In this document: piece by piece, positions 36,950 to 49,977 of the stretch
How positions within the stretch are numbered: position 1 is the stretch's first letter
Layout of the letters: each line of letters begins with the position of its first letter
NCBI GenBank assembly: GCA_951406725.2
Contig: OX597815.1
Span: 112,034,001 to 112,098,000, forward strand
Origin: Octopus vulgaris
Taxonomy: Eukaryota
Reading direction: 5' to 3'
Length of the DNA stretch: 64,000 nucleotides
Position numbers and translations under genes: made by a program
Notes under the pieces: model-generated
What the model saw: the letters and a program-made list of their open reading frames with translations, nothing else
Database searches by the model: none
Told to the model about the DNA's origin: nothing

Positions 36950-38730
36950 TGCAGCCGCAGATATTTTAGCTGGTTGATTTTTCGATTTATCCATTTTTTA
37001 AAAATATTTATTTTCCTGTAATTGCTATTCTTTTACATGGAAACCGTGTAGATCCATGGGATCAAAAAGACATGATTGTTCTGTGTAACTATTGTTTGCC
37101 CGAACCTCAAACTATAGAGAAAGATATCGTGCTTCGGAGAGGAGCGTGTTTCGTCTGCTGTAATATTATGGACAATGTTAGTATATTTGCTAGACACTAA
37201 GTCTAATGTGTTCTTGGGAAATCTCATTAGAACGAGCACGCGTTGGGATAGGAAAAATTCATTTATGAATTCGAAAATTTATTCCACTGCTGCTTTCGCT
37301 GGGGATGAAATGCACACTCCTATCTTCAAAGTATGAGTAGATCAGTCAACACAAGGGAAATTAAAGTCACCCATTATTAAACCATCACATCAGTAGTGTT
37401 CAGTGAAAGTCTCAAAATACTGTAGTGGTACTTGGGGTGTCCTGTAGAGCCCAATTATTACTAAATCATTAGTTTTGTTATACGCAGATACTGATACACA
37501 GAAGCCACTGGTGAATGAGACATTAGTAAATGAGTCGTGTAGGAAAATAATAACACCTCCCTTTCTTCTACCACTGCGATCTGTATAAATGGTATTACAA
37601 TTCCTCTTCTTTACATCATCTTCCAAGAGTAAGTTGTTAAGGTGATTTTCAGCAAGAAAAAAACAAAAGAATGTGATGAGGATGGTCGGAAACCCAGTCT
37701 TGAATGAACTGATCCATCCATATTTTTTAATTGCAGGATAAACTGAAGCCTTGCTCATTCAGCAAAAATGTTGAGACTGGAGTAGCGTTCAAAATAGATT
37801 TATGGTTTATCGGCAGCAAGGAAGAGTCTATGCACTGGGGTAGTGATAGGGGTTGGTGCTGAGTGGTAGCTCAGATACTTTACTTAATCACTTTTTCTAG
37901 GTTCTGCAGGAATAAAAAAGAAGTTACCTGATCAGAGAGAATGTATTGGCTGGAATTGTGATTACACTTACAATTTGGTCGTATCTTTGGTTCGTTAGTG
38001 TTCCTACTGAATGTTCCCCAGTTTCCTGATTTGGTGGAAAAATTCGAACCGGAGCTGTAGATTTTGTTTTTGTTTTTTGTACCCGCTGGGTAATATTTTG
38101 GTAACTGAGTTGTGGGAAAATTACATGTCGCTAAGTTTTTGATGGTAAGAAGAGACACGGGGAGATGCATGAACATAAAACCTTGCTACAGACAGAATCA
38201 CATAGCGCTGGGAATATAGGTAGATTTTAGAGTTATGAACCGATTTCGATTTCGGTGTAGGTACTGTTGTAGCAGATATGCTATGGTTAGAGTTGCTTTA
38301 TTAATTGAATATTTTATCCCGGGTACGGAAGTGAGGTTGCAGTCACGGCATGTGCATAGTGTTGCGTGTGAAGAATGGCAGCGTATTTTCGAGTTTTGTT
38401 GTAGATGTGTGGGAGTTTTAATAGGCAGTGGATTATAAATAGTCTTAGGTTTAAATTTGTTTCATTTTCATGATATTGGGGCAATGGGAGTTGGACAGGC
38501 AGAAAAAAGATGAAGTTCAGGTTGGACACTGAAAGAAGAAGTAGGAATAGATGTGGTTTAGTTTGGTAATACTGACATTGAGGCAGTAGTAGTGGATGAG
38601 TGAGAACGAAAGTGTGATTGAGATTGGTCCAAGGCGGAGGGGGAAAGGTGTGGTTGTGGTTGTGGTTGGTCACTGAGAGATATAGCAGTAGAAGAAAAGG
38701 AAGGAGAACAAGAACAAGAGTAAGAAGATC

Positions 38731-38766
<36 letters not shown>

Positions 38767-39300
38767 ATGATGGTGGTAGTAATGTCAATCAGGTTGGTAT
38801 TTAGCCTTTTGTGATACAGTGGTTTGCAGGACTTTGTTGCTGCTGTCATCATTATTATTACTGTTATTGTTATGGTAGTTGAAACTGTTGTTTTTGCTAC
38901 AGATGTTGTTGTAGTTGTTGTTCTTTCTATTACTGATGCTCATCGCGGACATCCGTTGATGGAAAGATTTGAGCGAATTTATCGATGTGGTTAATTTTGA
39001 AGCAAATTACTATATGAAGTAATAATTTGGTTCAGTTTGTTTTGGTTTTGTCTCTTTCGGCGATTATCGAAATACTAAACAACTCTCCTAGCAATGAGAT
39101 ATATAGCGGAGGCATGGATGTTTTCAGTTTGAGAAAGAATGCGTTAACGAGAATGTCGATTTTACTATCAGACCAGTTGCGATTATTGTAGACGTGCTGT
39201 ATCGGCATTGCGGCGTTTCTTTGCTTTTCTACTACTGTTGCTATTGATGTCGTCGTCGTCGTTGTTGTTGTTGTTGTTGTTAACTACTGGTTCTTTATAA
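36950..39300 (-). mobile_element. CR1-group LINE 5' portion (ORF1 remnant + APE endonuclease), decayed
   Basis: 'DRSGRRKGGVIIFLHD', 'DLVIIGLYRTP', IMGDFNFP (about 37360) and 'NTLDLV' are APE motifs in the expected order. Confidence 0.8.
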
Positions 39301-39904
39301 ATTTGTCTTTATATTTGTGGGATTCTTAAACATGCCAAATTTGCTTAGTCAGTGCAAAAGAAAAAGAAGAAGAAGAAGAAGAAGAAGAAGAAGAAGAAGA
39401 AGAAGAAGAAGAAGAAGAAGAAGAAGAAGAAAAAGAAGAAGAAGAAACGGAATTGAAAGAAGATGATAATGAAAATAATAATAATAATTAACGGTGCCTA
39501 TAACAAAACCAGCCAAAAGAGAAAGAACTGCGGACGGATAATCATAAATACTATAAAATAGTTAACGTATGAGTTACACACACGCATTACTATGCAACAT
39601 CCCGCCAAAAATATTCAAGAATAAACTCATACAGTAAAATGCCCTAGAAAATTAACAAAACCCACAAAATGTGCCATAGAATGCCGATACTCCACAGATG
39701 AACACAATTTTCGCTTCACAAGCAACACACAATATAGAAACTAATATAACAGAAGACTCAAATAAAACCTGATAACAAAACTTACTGATGCAATACAATA
39801 TCCCCACCCCACAAACAATGCAACACACACCACCTCACCAGCACAAAGATGCAATAAATGATGCAATAGAAAGTTACTTGAAACATTCAGATGTCAAAAA
39901 ATAA

Positions 39905-41770
39905 TAGTAGTGATGACGTTGGAGACGAGCTTTCCCTTACCACAGTTTATGAGAGTCAGGAGTCTTGGAAGAAACTCTGGTGTAACAGTGAAAAATGATG
40001 CTGGACCATTAAGAGAAGACCTCTCGCTCGACAATGGTTCAGTAAAGGTGCAGGCTGGCCACAGCTGTTATCCTAATACAGCATCAGAAAATAATAAAGC
40101 AAGGAGTAGGAAGTGGACCAGCGAAGATAACAGGATAGAGATGTAATGCTACTTAGAAAGTGAACCTAAAAGAAAGGGCTATAGAAAACATAGAAAACGG
40201 ATGTTAACACTGGTTAGAGAAGGGTATGCTTAAAGTGACTGAGTAGAGATTAGTTGATCTACATGGATGATCTGTAGCATTTTAGCAAGAATGAAAGAGA
40301 GAGAGAAAGATTCCTTAATACAGACTGTAAGACTCTTCAGAAAAGATACAGGCATGGAATTAAGCGTACATAAGTGTACAGTATTAGTCATGACAAGGAG
40401 ACATATAGTCAAGAGTGAAGGCACCTAATTACCAGATGGCAAGACATTAAAATCATTGAAAGGAGGAGACTTTAAGTAACAAGGAGTATTAGAAACTGGC
40501 TGAGTACTAACTACAGAGAAGAAAACGAAAGTTTAGAAGATGTACATCAAACGGGCGAGGAAGCTAATGAAGTCAAAGCTAAAAGGCTGTAAATACTTGG
40601 GCAGTAAGTATCATTACATAGAAAGTCAGCAGCATTTGTAGAATGGACAAAAACTGAATTAGCAAAGCTAGATATGAGAACTACGAAGGAATTTAATATC
40701 AATGGAGAACTCCACACAAGGACAGCAGTAGGAAGATTATACCTACCTAGAAGGGAATGCGGAAGAGTGTTAATATCTGTAGACGCCTGCATGGTTGTAG
40801 CTAGATTAGATACAGACTTCCATGTAGATAATAGCGAAGAATGTTTATTAAAAGCTGCTAGAGTCGCAGCAAGACATAAGGAAACCAAAAACCCAAACGA
40901 ATTTAAAAAACAGAAAAAAAAAAGAAATTATCTGACTGGCAGGAGAAGGCGTTGAATGGCATATTCCCAAAGATAGTTTCAGCAAATAATTAGACATGCT
41001 TATAGTTACAGAGAGGGAAGCTGAAGGTGACATAAAGTTTGTTAGTAGCTGCGTAAGATTAAGGATTAAGGGCCAATTGGATAAAGTCAAAAAGACAAAA
41101 ACCGAGTAAATTTCCATTGTAGATTATGCAAATTGAAAGAAGACAGCGTTACTCATATAGTAAGTGAATGTAGCACGCTGACACAGAAAGAATACAAGAA
41201 AAGACATGAAAATCTAGGGACAGCAATCCCCTGCGAGCTATGTAGAAAGATAGTATTTGAACACTCTGTTAAATGGTATGAACATGAACCTAATAAAGAA
41301 CTAGAAAGTAAGAAATACAAGATGTTGTGGGATTTTTAAACATTCAGACTGACAGAGTAATAGAAGATAGAAATCCTGACTTTGTAGTAATAGATAAAGA
41401 TAATAGAAAATGCCGGATAATTGACTTTACAGTCCCAAGTGATGAGAAAATTAATATGAGAGGTATAGAAAAAATAGTAAAGTACCTCGACCTAGCTATT
41501 GAATTACAAACACTATGGAAAGCGCAGGTAAAATGTATCCCAGTAGTTATAGGTGCATTGGGAACTATCCTTAAAGATCTTAACAGATGAGTAGAGGAAA
41601 TAAGCATGAAACCCACTGTAGCAGAACTCCAGAAAACAGTTTTATTAGGAACAACTAGGATACTCAGGATGATTCTTGGCATGTAAGGTTAATTGCTGTA
41701 GCACGATGTTATGTTTTTTTCTCTTCCAAGAGTCTAATTTGTAGAGTGTATATAAAAATAATAATAAATA
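39905..41770 (+). mobile_element. R4/Dong-like RLE non-LTR retrotransposon, internally deleted
   Basis: N-terminal 'RKWTSEDN..CYLESEPKRKGYRK', then YMDDL, 'RLYLPRRECGR', zinc knuckle 'HIVSEC...RHE', RLE 'PDFVVIDK..IIDFTVP', 'IPVVIGALG'. (TAA) tail. Confidence 0.9.
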
Positions 41771-42675
41771 TAGATAACAATAGCAAATAAAATTATCAAA
41801 TTTTAACCAAAATGTTTGCTTTGTCGAGTATTATGTGGGAGATGGTAAGGATATCCGTATATGTTATAACGTTGACATGTTTGTTGTTAAAAAATATATA
41901 AATTTGTATGCAATTCTTAATAGAAATATTGTGTACTTACAGTAAAGAATTCAGTCTCAAAACAAGAGATATACACACTCACAGCCGGGTCGAATGCATG
42001 CTGGCAAGCAACTTCAAGAAAGGTCTTTGGCACTGATCCTCTTGTTGAATTGTATTTTATATAAATAGAGCTAACCAAGAGAGTTGACTGAGATGTCGTT
42101 CACCCTTCCCCCGGTACCATGCGAACTAAGTTATACATGCTGAAATATACCCTTCCATTTATATGTCGTAGTGGTGTTCCCCTCCCATTAAACACTTGAA
42201 TGTACGTTGTCTTAGTTAAGCTCACTATGTGGTAAAAGACTGTCGTGGAATCACAAAATATGTATGTGCCGTGGATTAATTTTTTTTTATGTTCTTGATT
42301 GTAAAATTCATGTATTCATCTGAAGAAAACGGGTTTTATAATGATATAATGTACTAATTGATCAATTAAAAAATTCGTTAGAAACGGTTGTAATGAACTA
42401 ACACCTGTCCGTCAGTTGTTACTTACACACACACACATATATATTGTTTTATTGTTTTATTCTTTTACTTGTTTCTGTATCTTGACTACGGCCATGGTGG
42501 AGCACCGCCTTTAGTCGAGCAAATCGCCTCCAGGACTTATTCTTTGTAAGCGTTGTACTTATTCTATCGGCTTTTGTGCCGAAGCGCTAAGTTACAGGGA
42601 CGTAAACACACCAGCATCTGTTGTCAAGCGATATTAGGGGTACAAACACAGACACAGAAACATACACACACACAC

Positions 42676-42741
<66 letters not shown>

Positions 42742-42883
42742 CAATAAAGATTCAAGTTAATTTAAATGAATTTACTTGAATATGGTACCTAACTTAGATG
42801 CACCAAAAAAAAACTATACTGTTTTAACAATACAATAATGTGGGGTGATTATAAGCGAGAAAGAAGCAACAAGAATGGATAGG

Positions 42884-42974
42884 TTTTAGTACAATCGTTT
42901 CATACAAGGACAAGCTTTATTAAAAGTTGCAAAGATTACAGCATATAAACGTGTCCTGTACTCATCAGCTAAAA
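42884..42974 (-). ncRNA. Type-I hammerhead ribozyme (left arm)
   Basis: TTTTAG-CTGATGA-GTACAGGAC...GTCCTTGTAT-GAAAC-GATT-GTA-CTAAAA. Confidence 0.85.
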
Positions 42975-43381
42975 TACATGTGAGTTCTCTAGACATCCTA
43001 TTGGTTGAGGCTATACTCATGAAGTAGATAATTAAGTAACATAAACAGATTTCCAAAGTTCATTAAAGTTCTTTAAAGATGATGTACAGTCTTATCACAG
43101 AATTTTAAAAAGTTTTAACAGCATCACAGAGAAGGTGACCTAATCAATAGTGCACATATGAATTTCCAGAGATATGATATCATATCTCTGGAAATTCATA
43201 TGTGCACTATGGATTAGGTCACCTTCTCTGTGATGCTGTTAAAACTTTTAAAATTCTGTGATAAGACTGTACATCATCTTTAAAGAACTTTAATGAACTT
43301 TGGAAATCTGTTTATGTTACTTAATTATCTACTTCATGAGTATAGCCTCAACCAATAGGATGTCTAGAGAACTCACATGTA

Positions 43382-43472
43382 TTTTAGCTGATGAGTACAG
43401 GACACGTTTATATGCTGTAATCTTTGCAACTTTTAATAAAGCCTGTCCTTGTATGAAACGATTGTACTAAAA
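43382..43472 (+). ncRNA. Type-I hammerhead ribozyme (right arm)
   Basis: TTTTAG-CTGATGA-GTACAGGAC...GTCCTTGTAT-GAAAC-GATT-GTA-CTAAAA. Confidence 0.85.
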
Positions 43473-43683
43473 ACCTATCCATTCTTGTTGCTTCTTTCTC
43501 GTATATATATATATATATATACATATATACGATGGGCTTGCTTCTTTCAGTTTCCGTCTACCAAATCCACTCACAAGGCTTTGGTAGGCCCGAGGCTATA
43601 GTAGAAGACACTTCCTCAAGATGCCACGCAGTGGGACTGGACCCGGACCCCTGTGGTACTTACCACACAGCCACTCCTACACT

Positions 43684-43722
<39 letters not shown>

Positions 43723-43726
<4 letters not shown>

Positions 43727-46134
43727 TGGGCCTTATTTTTCAACTTTCTAAAATTCTAGCTCACGCACAATTAACAAAAAATTTCAATCTACGCTCAGTT
43801 GAACTACTGCAAAGCGACCCTCATCGTCCATGAATTTTGAAGTTATTGCTCGGAAAGCCACTCTCATATAATTTTCTCTTAAATAAAAAACTTGTTCACA
43901 CTTATTCTTGGTAATAGAAAGATAAGTGTCAATAAATATAATAGAGAAAATGACTTACAAAGCTGGAGACAAAGCGCAGATATAGGGCAAATACCTATTT
44001 TTCGTGTCATCCAGTCGGCAGCCAGCCATGACCGAGTGAAGCGTTCGTCTGTTGGAAGAATGCTGAGAAATAAAATACTAAGAATTATACGTTAGTGATA
44101 AATAGTGAACTAATATGACTTGTCTGCATTTGTAAATATAAGTTAATTTATTTGCAATAATTTCTAAGCACTAATTCATTTTGTTGCGACGCATTATGAT
44201 ATAGATCTTCCCCTGTTGTATTATTAGCCCTGACAAAGTTGTAATACCATGTTTATAACCTCTATGTTTTTATAATGTTATGTACTTTGTATACTTATTA
44301 TCAATGCCTTAGAACAAAATTTAGAGAAGCGAGACACACAGGAATACAGCTCAAATTTAACTTAAATGACTGTAAAGAATTAATATTGACTGGGATGGAA
44401 AGCTGCTTCCAACACTCACAAGCGTTGAAAAGGTCAATAGACTGGCAATAATAGTAACTTTTCAAGGCAATAAGCAATTGTTGGGGGTCCCTAAAATTCC
44501 AACACCTTCAGGAGGACAGCAAGCCGTGGCTGTTTACGAAGCAGTGGAGAAGTGGGGTGTAACCGACAAAATTCAGGCACTTTGCTGTGATACAACAGAA
44601 AGCAACACATATCAGTACAAATCTAGAAAAGGTGTTCGATGGCGACCTGTTGTACTTCCTTTGCCGTCATCACATTTTTTACTTAGTTTTTAGGAGCTGC
44701 TTTGACTCACTGATGGGTGCAACTTCTAGTCCAGACATGGCGTTTTTCAAAAGATTTAGAGAAACTCGGACGAAACTCAGCAAGACAGTTTACATAACTA
44801 GTTGAAAGGAAGTGCCTGATGATGTCCGCTCTGCCATTCTTCGATTCCTTGAAACCACCTTTCTACGCTGAAACAACAGCGAAATGATTACCGAGAATTA
44901 TTGGAGTTAATGATGATCTTTCTTCCGATGAACGGAATATCGCTTCGTACAGCAGGAGCTATAAGTCATGCTAGGTGGATGTCAAAAGCAATTTACGCAT
45001 TCAAGACATACCTGTTTCAAGATCAATTTCTGTTATCTCCTGGGGAGAACTCTTTAAGAAGAATATGTATTTTATTTGCTCACGTGTATATTCGGTCCTG
45101 TTTTTCTGTCATCTGAAGTAATTAAATCACCTTATCATGATTTCCTATTCATGTGTCAACTGATAAATAATCAGAATATTCATCCAGAAATCAGTAAGAC
45201 CGCTGCGAAAAGATTTTCCATTCATGTCTGGTACTTAGCTCCCGAAACTGTGGCTCTACCCATGATTGATGACAATGTTCCAACAGAGGTGAAGGTAAAT
45301 ATTGATTAAATTATGCTGGAAGCAGCCAAAGGTGAATAAGAGGAAGAAAAATCAACTGAAGAGGTACATTCTGCACCAAAATGACTTTTCTTCCATTACA
45401 AACATCGAGTTTTCGTCTTTTGTAACTCTTCACGAGATTTTTTTTCAGCACCGGTTTCATCGACAAAAAAAACCTTCGACATGAAAGGATGATCCTAGTT
45501 ACAAAAGTGATCTTGAAAAACTTAAAAAGACAGTTGTTGCGAATGACATTACAGAAAGAGGTATCAAACTCATTCAGGATCACAATAACATTCTCATAGA
45601 AGATGAAACTGTGAAACAATTTGTTTTACAGATTGTAACCGAAAACCGTAAAACATACCCAACTATCACTAAATCCTCTCTTATGCAAATATAATGTCCA
45701 ATATTCAGTGCTCAATTTTCACAGTATGTTTTTGGTTCTATAGAAATTATTGTTGTAAATAAAAATGCATTTCTCTTATAGAAGTTGTAGGCTTTATTAA
45801 GAAACCTAATATTTCTTTAGTTTTTCATTAAATTTCAGAAATGTTTCAAATCAGCTATTGGTAAATTTGATTCAGAATGTTTTCAAACATTTGTTGGGGT
45901 TGGCTGGATGGGTCCACATAAATTTCTCTAAGAAGAAAAAAGAAAATGGTGGAGGAACGGAACGGTATACCGCTTTTCAAAAGAATTAATAAGGCGTTTG
46001 AGGGTCGCCTAGTAGTTGTCTAATGAAGCTGAAATTTTGCACACCACGTTATTTTGTTTATTGGAACAGGATTAGGGGGTGGGAGCAGCAAAATTGTAAG
46101 TTTCAAAAAATTACCTATTGCTAAGGGCCACTCT
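43723..46134 (+). mobile_element. hAT-superfamily (hATm-like) DNA transposon with both TIRs, decayed transposase
   Basis: Ends AGAGTGGGCCTTA / TAAGGGCCACTCT, with subterminal GCGACCCTC / GAGGGTCGC. Fragments 'LGVPKI', 'ALCCDTT', 'CRHH', 'HARWMSKAIY', 'HVWYLAPE', 'NDITERGIKLIQD'. Confidence 0.8.
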
Positions 46135-46135
46135 G

Positions 46136-46179
<44 letters not shown>

Positions 46180-46323
46180 GCAATTGCTTATTTTAATTCT
46201 AATCACCAAATTTTGAAATTGTGTGGATAATACCGTACTAAATTCTGGTGTCTCAATTTAAGTTCCATATTTATCTGAATCTAAGTTTTCACACACACAC
46301 GCGCACACACACACATATATATA

Positions 46324-46362
<39 letters not shown>

Positions 46363-46424
46363 ATGTGTGTGGGGGGGCGTGTGTGTGTGTCTGTATGTGT
46401 GTGTATGTATCAATATGAAAGACT

Positions 46425-46624
46425 TTGTGTCCCTGTTTGCCCCACATCACCACTTGACAAGTGGTGTTGGTGTGTTTACATCCCCGTAAATTAGCGGTTT
46501 GGAAAAGAGACCGATAGATTAAATACTAAGCTTACAAAATAAGTTCTGGGGTTCATTTGTTCGACAAAAGCCCTTCAAAGCGTTTGTCCAACATGATCAC
46601 AGTCAAATGACTGAAACAAATAGA

Positions 46625-46625
<1 letters not shown>
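46425..46625 (+). mobile_element. SINE 3' half
   Basis: Matches other copies; ends CAGTCAAATGACTGAAACAA. Confidence 0.75.
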
Positions 46626-46808
<183 letters not shown>

Positions 46809-49196
46809 ATACATTTGAATATATAGGGAGAAATTGTGGATTTTTTTATTCGTCATATTGTGTATCATTAGATAGGACAACATAATCAATGCTGCTATTA
46901 ATATACTCGATTTAGATTTCATATATGTAAAATATATTTACCCCTACTCTTAAGTATGTTCATAGTTTTGGTCCAAATCTAGCTGTCAGATCCTGCTAGT
47001 GGAAGTTGATATGGACAGGTAAATATGGAGACATATCAATATGGTGATATATTAACTGGAATTATTTCACATGAACAATTTGTTGGGAAACCTGAATAAA
47101 GCCGAAGATATCTGTCTGTATTTCAATACACACATATATCTGGCACTATTTGTAACTAACTTTCACATTCAGTCATTTATCACTTTTGAGCAAATTGGAG
47201 AGCGCTGAACCTCCACAGGCATACACAATCATAAACACATGCACAAAAGTTTACATAGATATATATGTGTAATCGTAATTAAAATATTCAATACGAACTT
47301 TGGGTTCTATTTGTGCATTTCTGAGAATCTGATGTTTCATTGTCTTTACTCTGTATATTTAGCGTAATTTAGCGATGTAAATGAATATGGAGTGAGAAAA
47401 ATAGATATGATATGCGACTGAATTTGATATATAAATGGACGAATGTATTTTAATAGAGTAATACAGACTAAGTATCTTTTCTGTTTAGCTGCACTTTTAA
47501 AATTTTGCGTCTCAGAATCTAATTCAATGGTTCCAGAATTTTTTCTTTTTCTTTTTTTTTTTTTTAAAGTTAAAGTGTTATCCTTTTTCCCCAGTCACAA
47601 AACAGGATTTGGAAGTTGTCATTTGCTGCTTAACTGCAATCGTAAAATGACAAACAATAATGTTGACATTACTATTATAGTAAGTGCTTTAAGTATCTAA
47701 TACGCGAAAAATGAACCTAAAACGAGTAAGTAGCACATATTTTGTAGTTCTACACATTCAATATGCATTAAATGTGAAAAAAGAGTAAACAACACATTTT
47801 TTGTTGTTTATTTATTTTTTTATGGAAATATACACCTATATGTCTGTGAATTTCGATTGTCGAAAAATTACCCACAATTATCAATATTTAAAAGCTATTA
47901 ACTCTTTAATTATTGATTTATGGTGAAAATGAATTCCATATCAAGTATGAGCGTACAAATCTACACCATATTTGAAATCAGTTGGAACAATTGAAGAAAT
48001 TGAATAGTGAATAGTTTCAGCCAAACAAAAAAGATCCCACACTAAAAATCCAACATTTTCAATAAATGCTAGATTTCTCTACTTATGCGTATCTTTGATA
48101 TTTAATCTATAAAATGTTCGAAAGTACATTAAAGTAAATGCAAAGTTTGTCGGCCTGAGTAAAGCACTTTTCTATATTTTTGGAACTGTATTAAAGACAA
48201 ACATTTTAGAAAGTATCCGAAAGAAAGCTTAAATTTAACCAATATTTGTCTATCACGTTGTATATCTAATGATAACTCGTACTTTTTATTTGTTTATATG
48301 TCTCTTCTATGATTGCTATAACGCTCACAGTCTCTCTGAGCAACCGAGATATCGATCACTCCTCCAAACTAACCTGATGTACATGCCTCATTACAAAGTT
48401 AATATTTCCTCCATACAGAATTTCTACTTGTTCTTTATCTGTCCATATGATTATTCTCTCAACACAACCTAATGAAAAGTTAAAATTATTAGAAATAGAA
48501 GTGACATTTCTAGCCAAAGCAGTTCAGTAGAAAAAGCATACATCATAATACCTATTCAGACTAAACTAAATTGTTTACGTATATGTAGAAATACCTGTAT
48601 GTAAGAAGTTGGTGCGGGCACATTCAAAGAGATAAAAGAGATAAGCTGTATCTGTCGGATACAGGTGACGCGGACAATGTCAGTGTGTAACGGAGGTTAC
48701 TGCTTCGCCGTTATCATTAGTGATGTCCTTTATTTGTTCATTGAAACAGAAGCATGTTCACTTGATCGTGAGTAATTGGTTACCTATGTTTCTCATCTTG
48801 ATATGATTACTAGTTAGATTTAGAAGTAGAAATGTTATAGGATGGAGACTGTTATGTGTTGTACATAAAGGAATCATTGGAGAGCTTCTGACAGCCTTTC
48901 ATTACATTATAAGTAATATGTTGTTGCCATGAATACTTTTATTTTTCAAAATGTTGATAAAGCACAAAATACTGTTTGTGCTTTCTATATGATGAATGCA
49001 TAGTTGCAAACGTGGCTAAATGGTAAGGAGCTTCCTTTCTAACCAGGTAACTGGGTTCAGTCAGACACATCGAAACTTGGGCAAGTCTCTTTTATTATAG
49101 CCTCAGGCTGACCAAAGCCTTGTAAGTTGATTTGGTAGACGGAAACTGAAAGAAGCCTATGTGGTATATATATATATATATATATTTTTTTTTTTT

Positions 49197-49444
49197 AGAC
49201 TTCCCCTTCGGTCATGAATGACCATGGGATTGCACCTAGAAAGTTACCCTCCTAGACACAAGTCCGGGCAAGGTTGTTTATGGAAGACCAGCAGTCGCCC
49301 ATGCATACCTGCCTCCCCTCTCCACGCCACCAGTGTTATCCAAGGGAAAGACAAAAGTCGATGCAGCTTGGCACCTGTGACGTCGCAACTCGTTTCTACA
49401 GTTGAGTGAACTGGAGCAACGTGAAATAAAGTGCCTTGCTCAAG

Positions 49445-49449
<5 letters not shown>
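49197..49449 (-). mobile_element. Second SINE family fragment nested in the microsatellite
   Basis: Minus strand TGTTCTTGAGCAAGGCACTTTATTTCACGTTGCTCCAG is a SINE central-domain-like sequence. GC-rich body and A-rich 3' end. Confidence 0.6.
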
Positions 49450-49482
<33 letters not shown>

Positions 49483-49496
49483 CTTATATATATATA

Positions 49497-49977
49497 AGCA
49501 ATAATATATTACAGAGCAAGGTATAAACAGTGGATGCACGACATCGTGAAGTCTATTTGCCACTTAAATGTGGCTAATCCTTAAGGATGGATGCTACTGT
49601 AGCTTGTAGCCCCAGGAAGACACCTCTTCCAGCTAGCTATTGACACACTTTCTGTGCCCTATCAGTATTTCCATAGGGAAGTCAACCTTCCCATCTCCAA
49701 CCTGATGTGATACACACGGACCCGAGTTTGTTGGCATTGACTCGTCATCAGCGTGTGACAGTTACCGGTTGTCGATGTGAAGTGGTTCCCAATGACAATA
49801 TATATATCCTTTTTCCAGTAACGAAAAGTCACTGAACTTGGAAAAATGCAAATACTGATAGGGCACAGAAAGTGTTTCAATAGCTAGCTGGATGAGGTTT
49901 CTTCCTGGGGATACAAGCTACAGTAGCATCCACCCTTAAGGGTTAGCCACAATTAAGTGGAAAATATACTTCACGAT
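49497..49977. mobile_element. PLE-type terminal fragment: approximately 125-bp inverted repeats, a tail and a decayed HHR
   Basis: 49545-49670 is inverted at 49850-49977. Minus 49713-49757 reads CACACG-CTGATGA-...-AAAC-TCGG-GTC-CGTGTG. Confidence 0.7.

Larger units (their letters stand above)
42740..43501. mobile_element. PLE terminal-repeat fold-back: 646-bp spacerless palindrome plus tail
   Basis: Arms 42856-43178 and 43179-43501 are near-perfect reverse complements. Same family as 14.7 kb and 63.4 kb. Confidence 0.92.
42445..43680 (-). mobile_element. Full-length SINE (3' half 42445-42660, 5' half 43525-43680) split by an insertion in its internal microsatellite
   Basis: Both halves match other copies in the window and are co-oriented around the (TA)n tract. 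Confidence 0.8.

Noticed and set aside
43723-46134. Domesticated transposase gene
   Set aside because: Multiple stops and frameshifts, and the N-terminus is missing.
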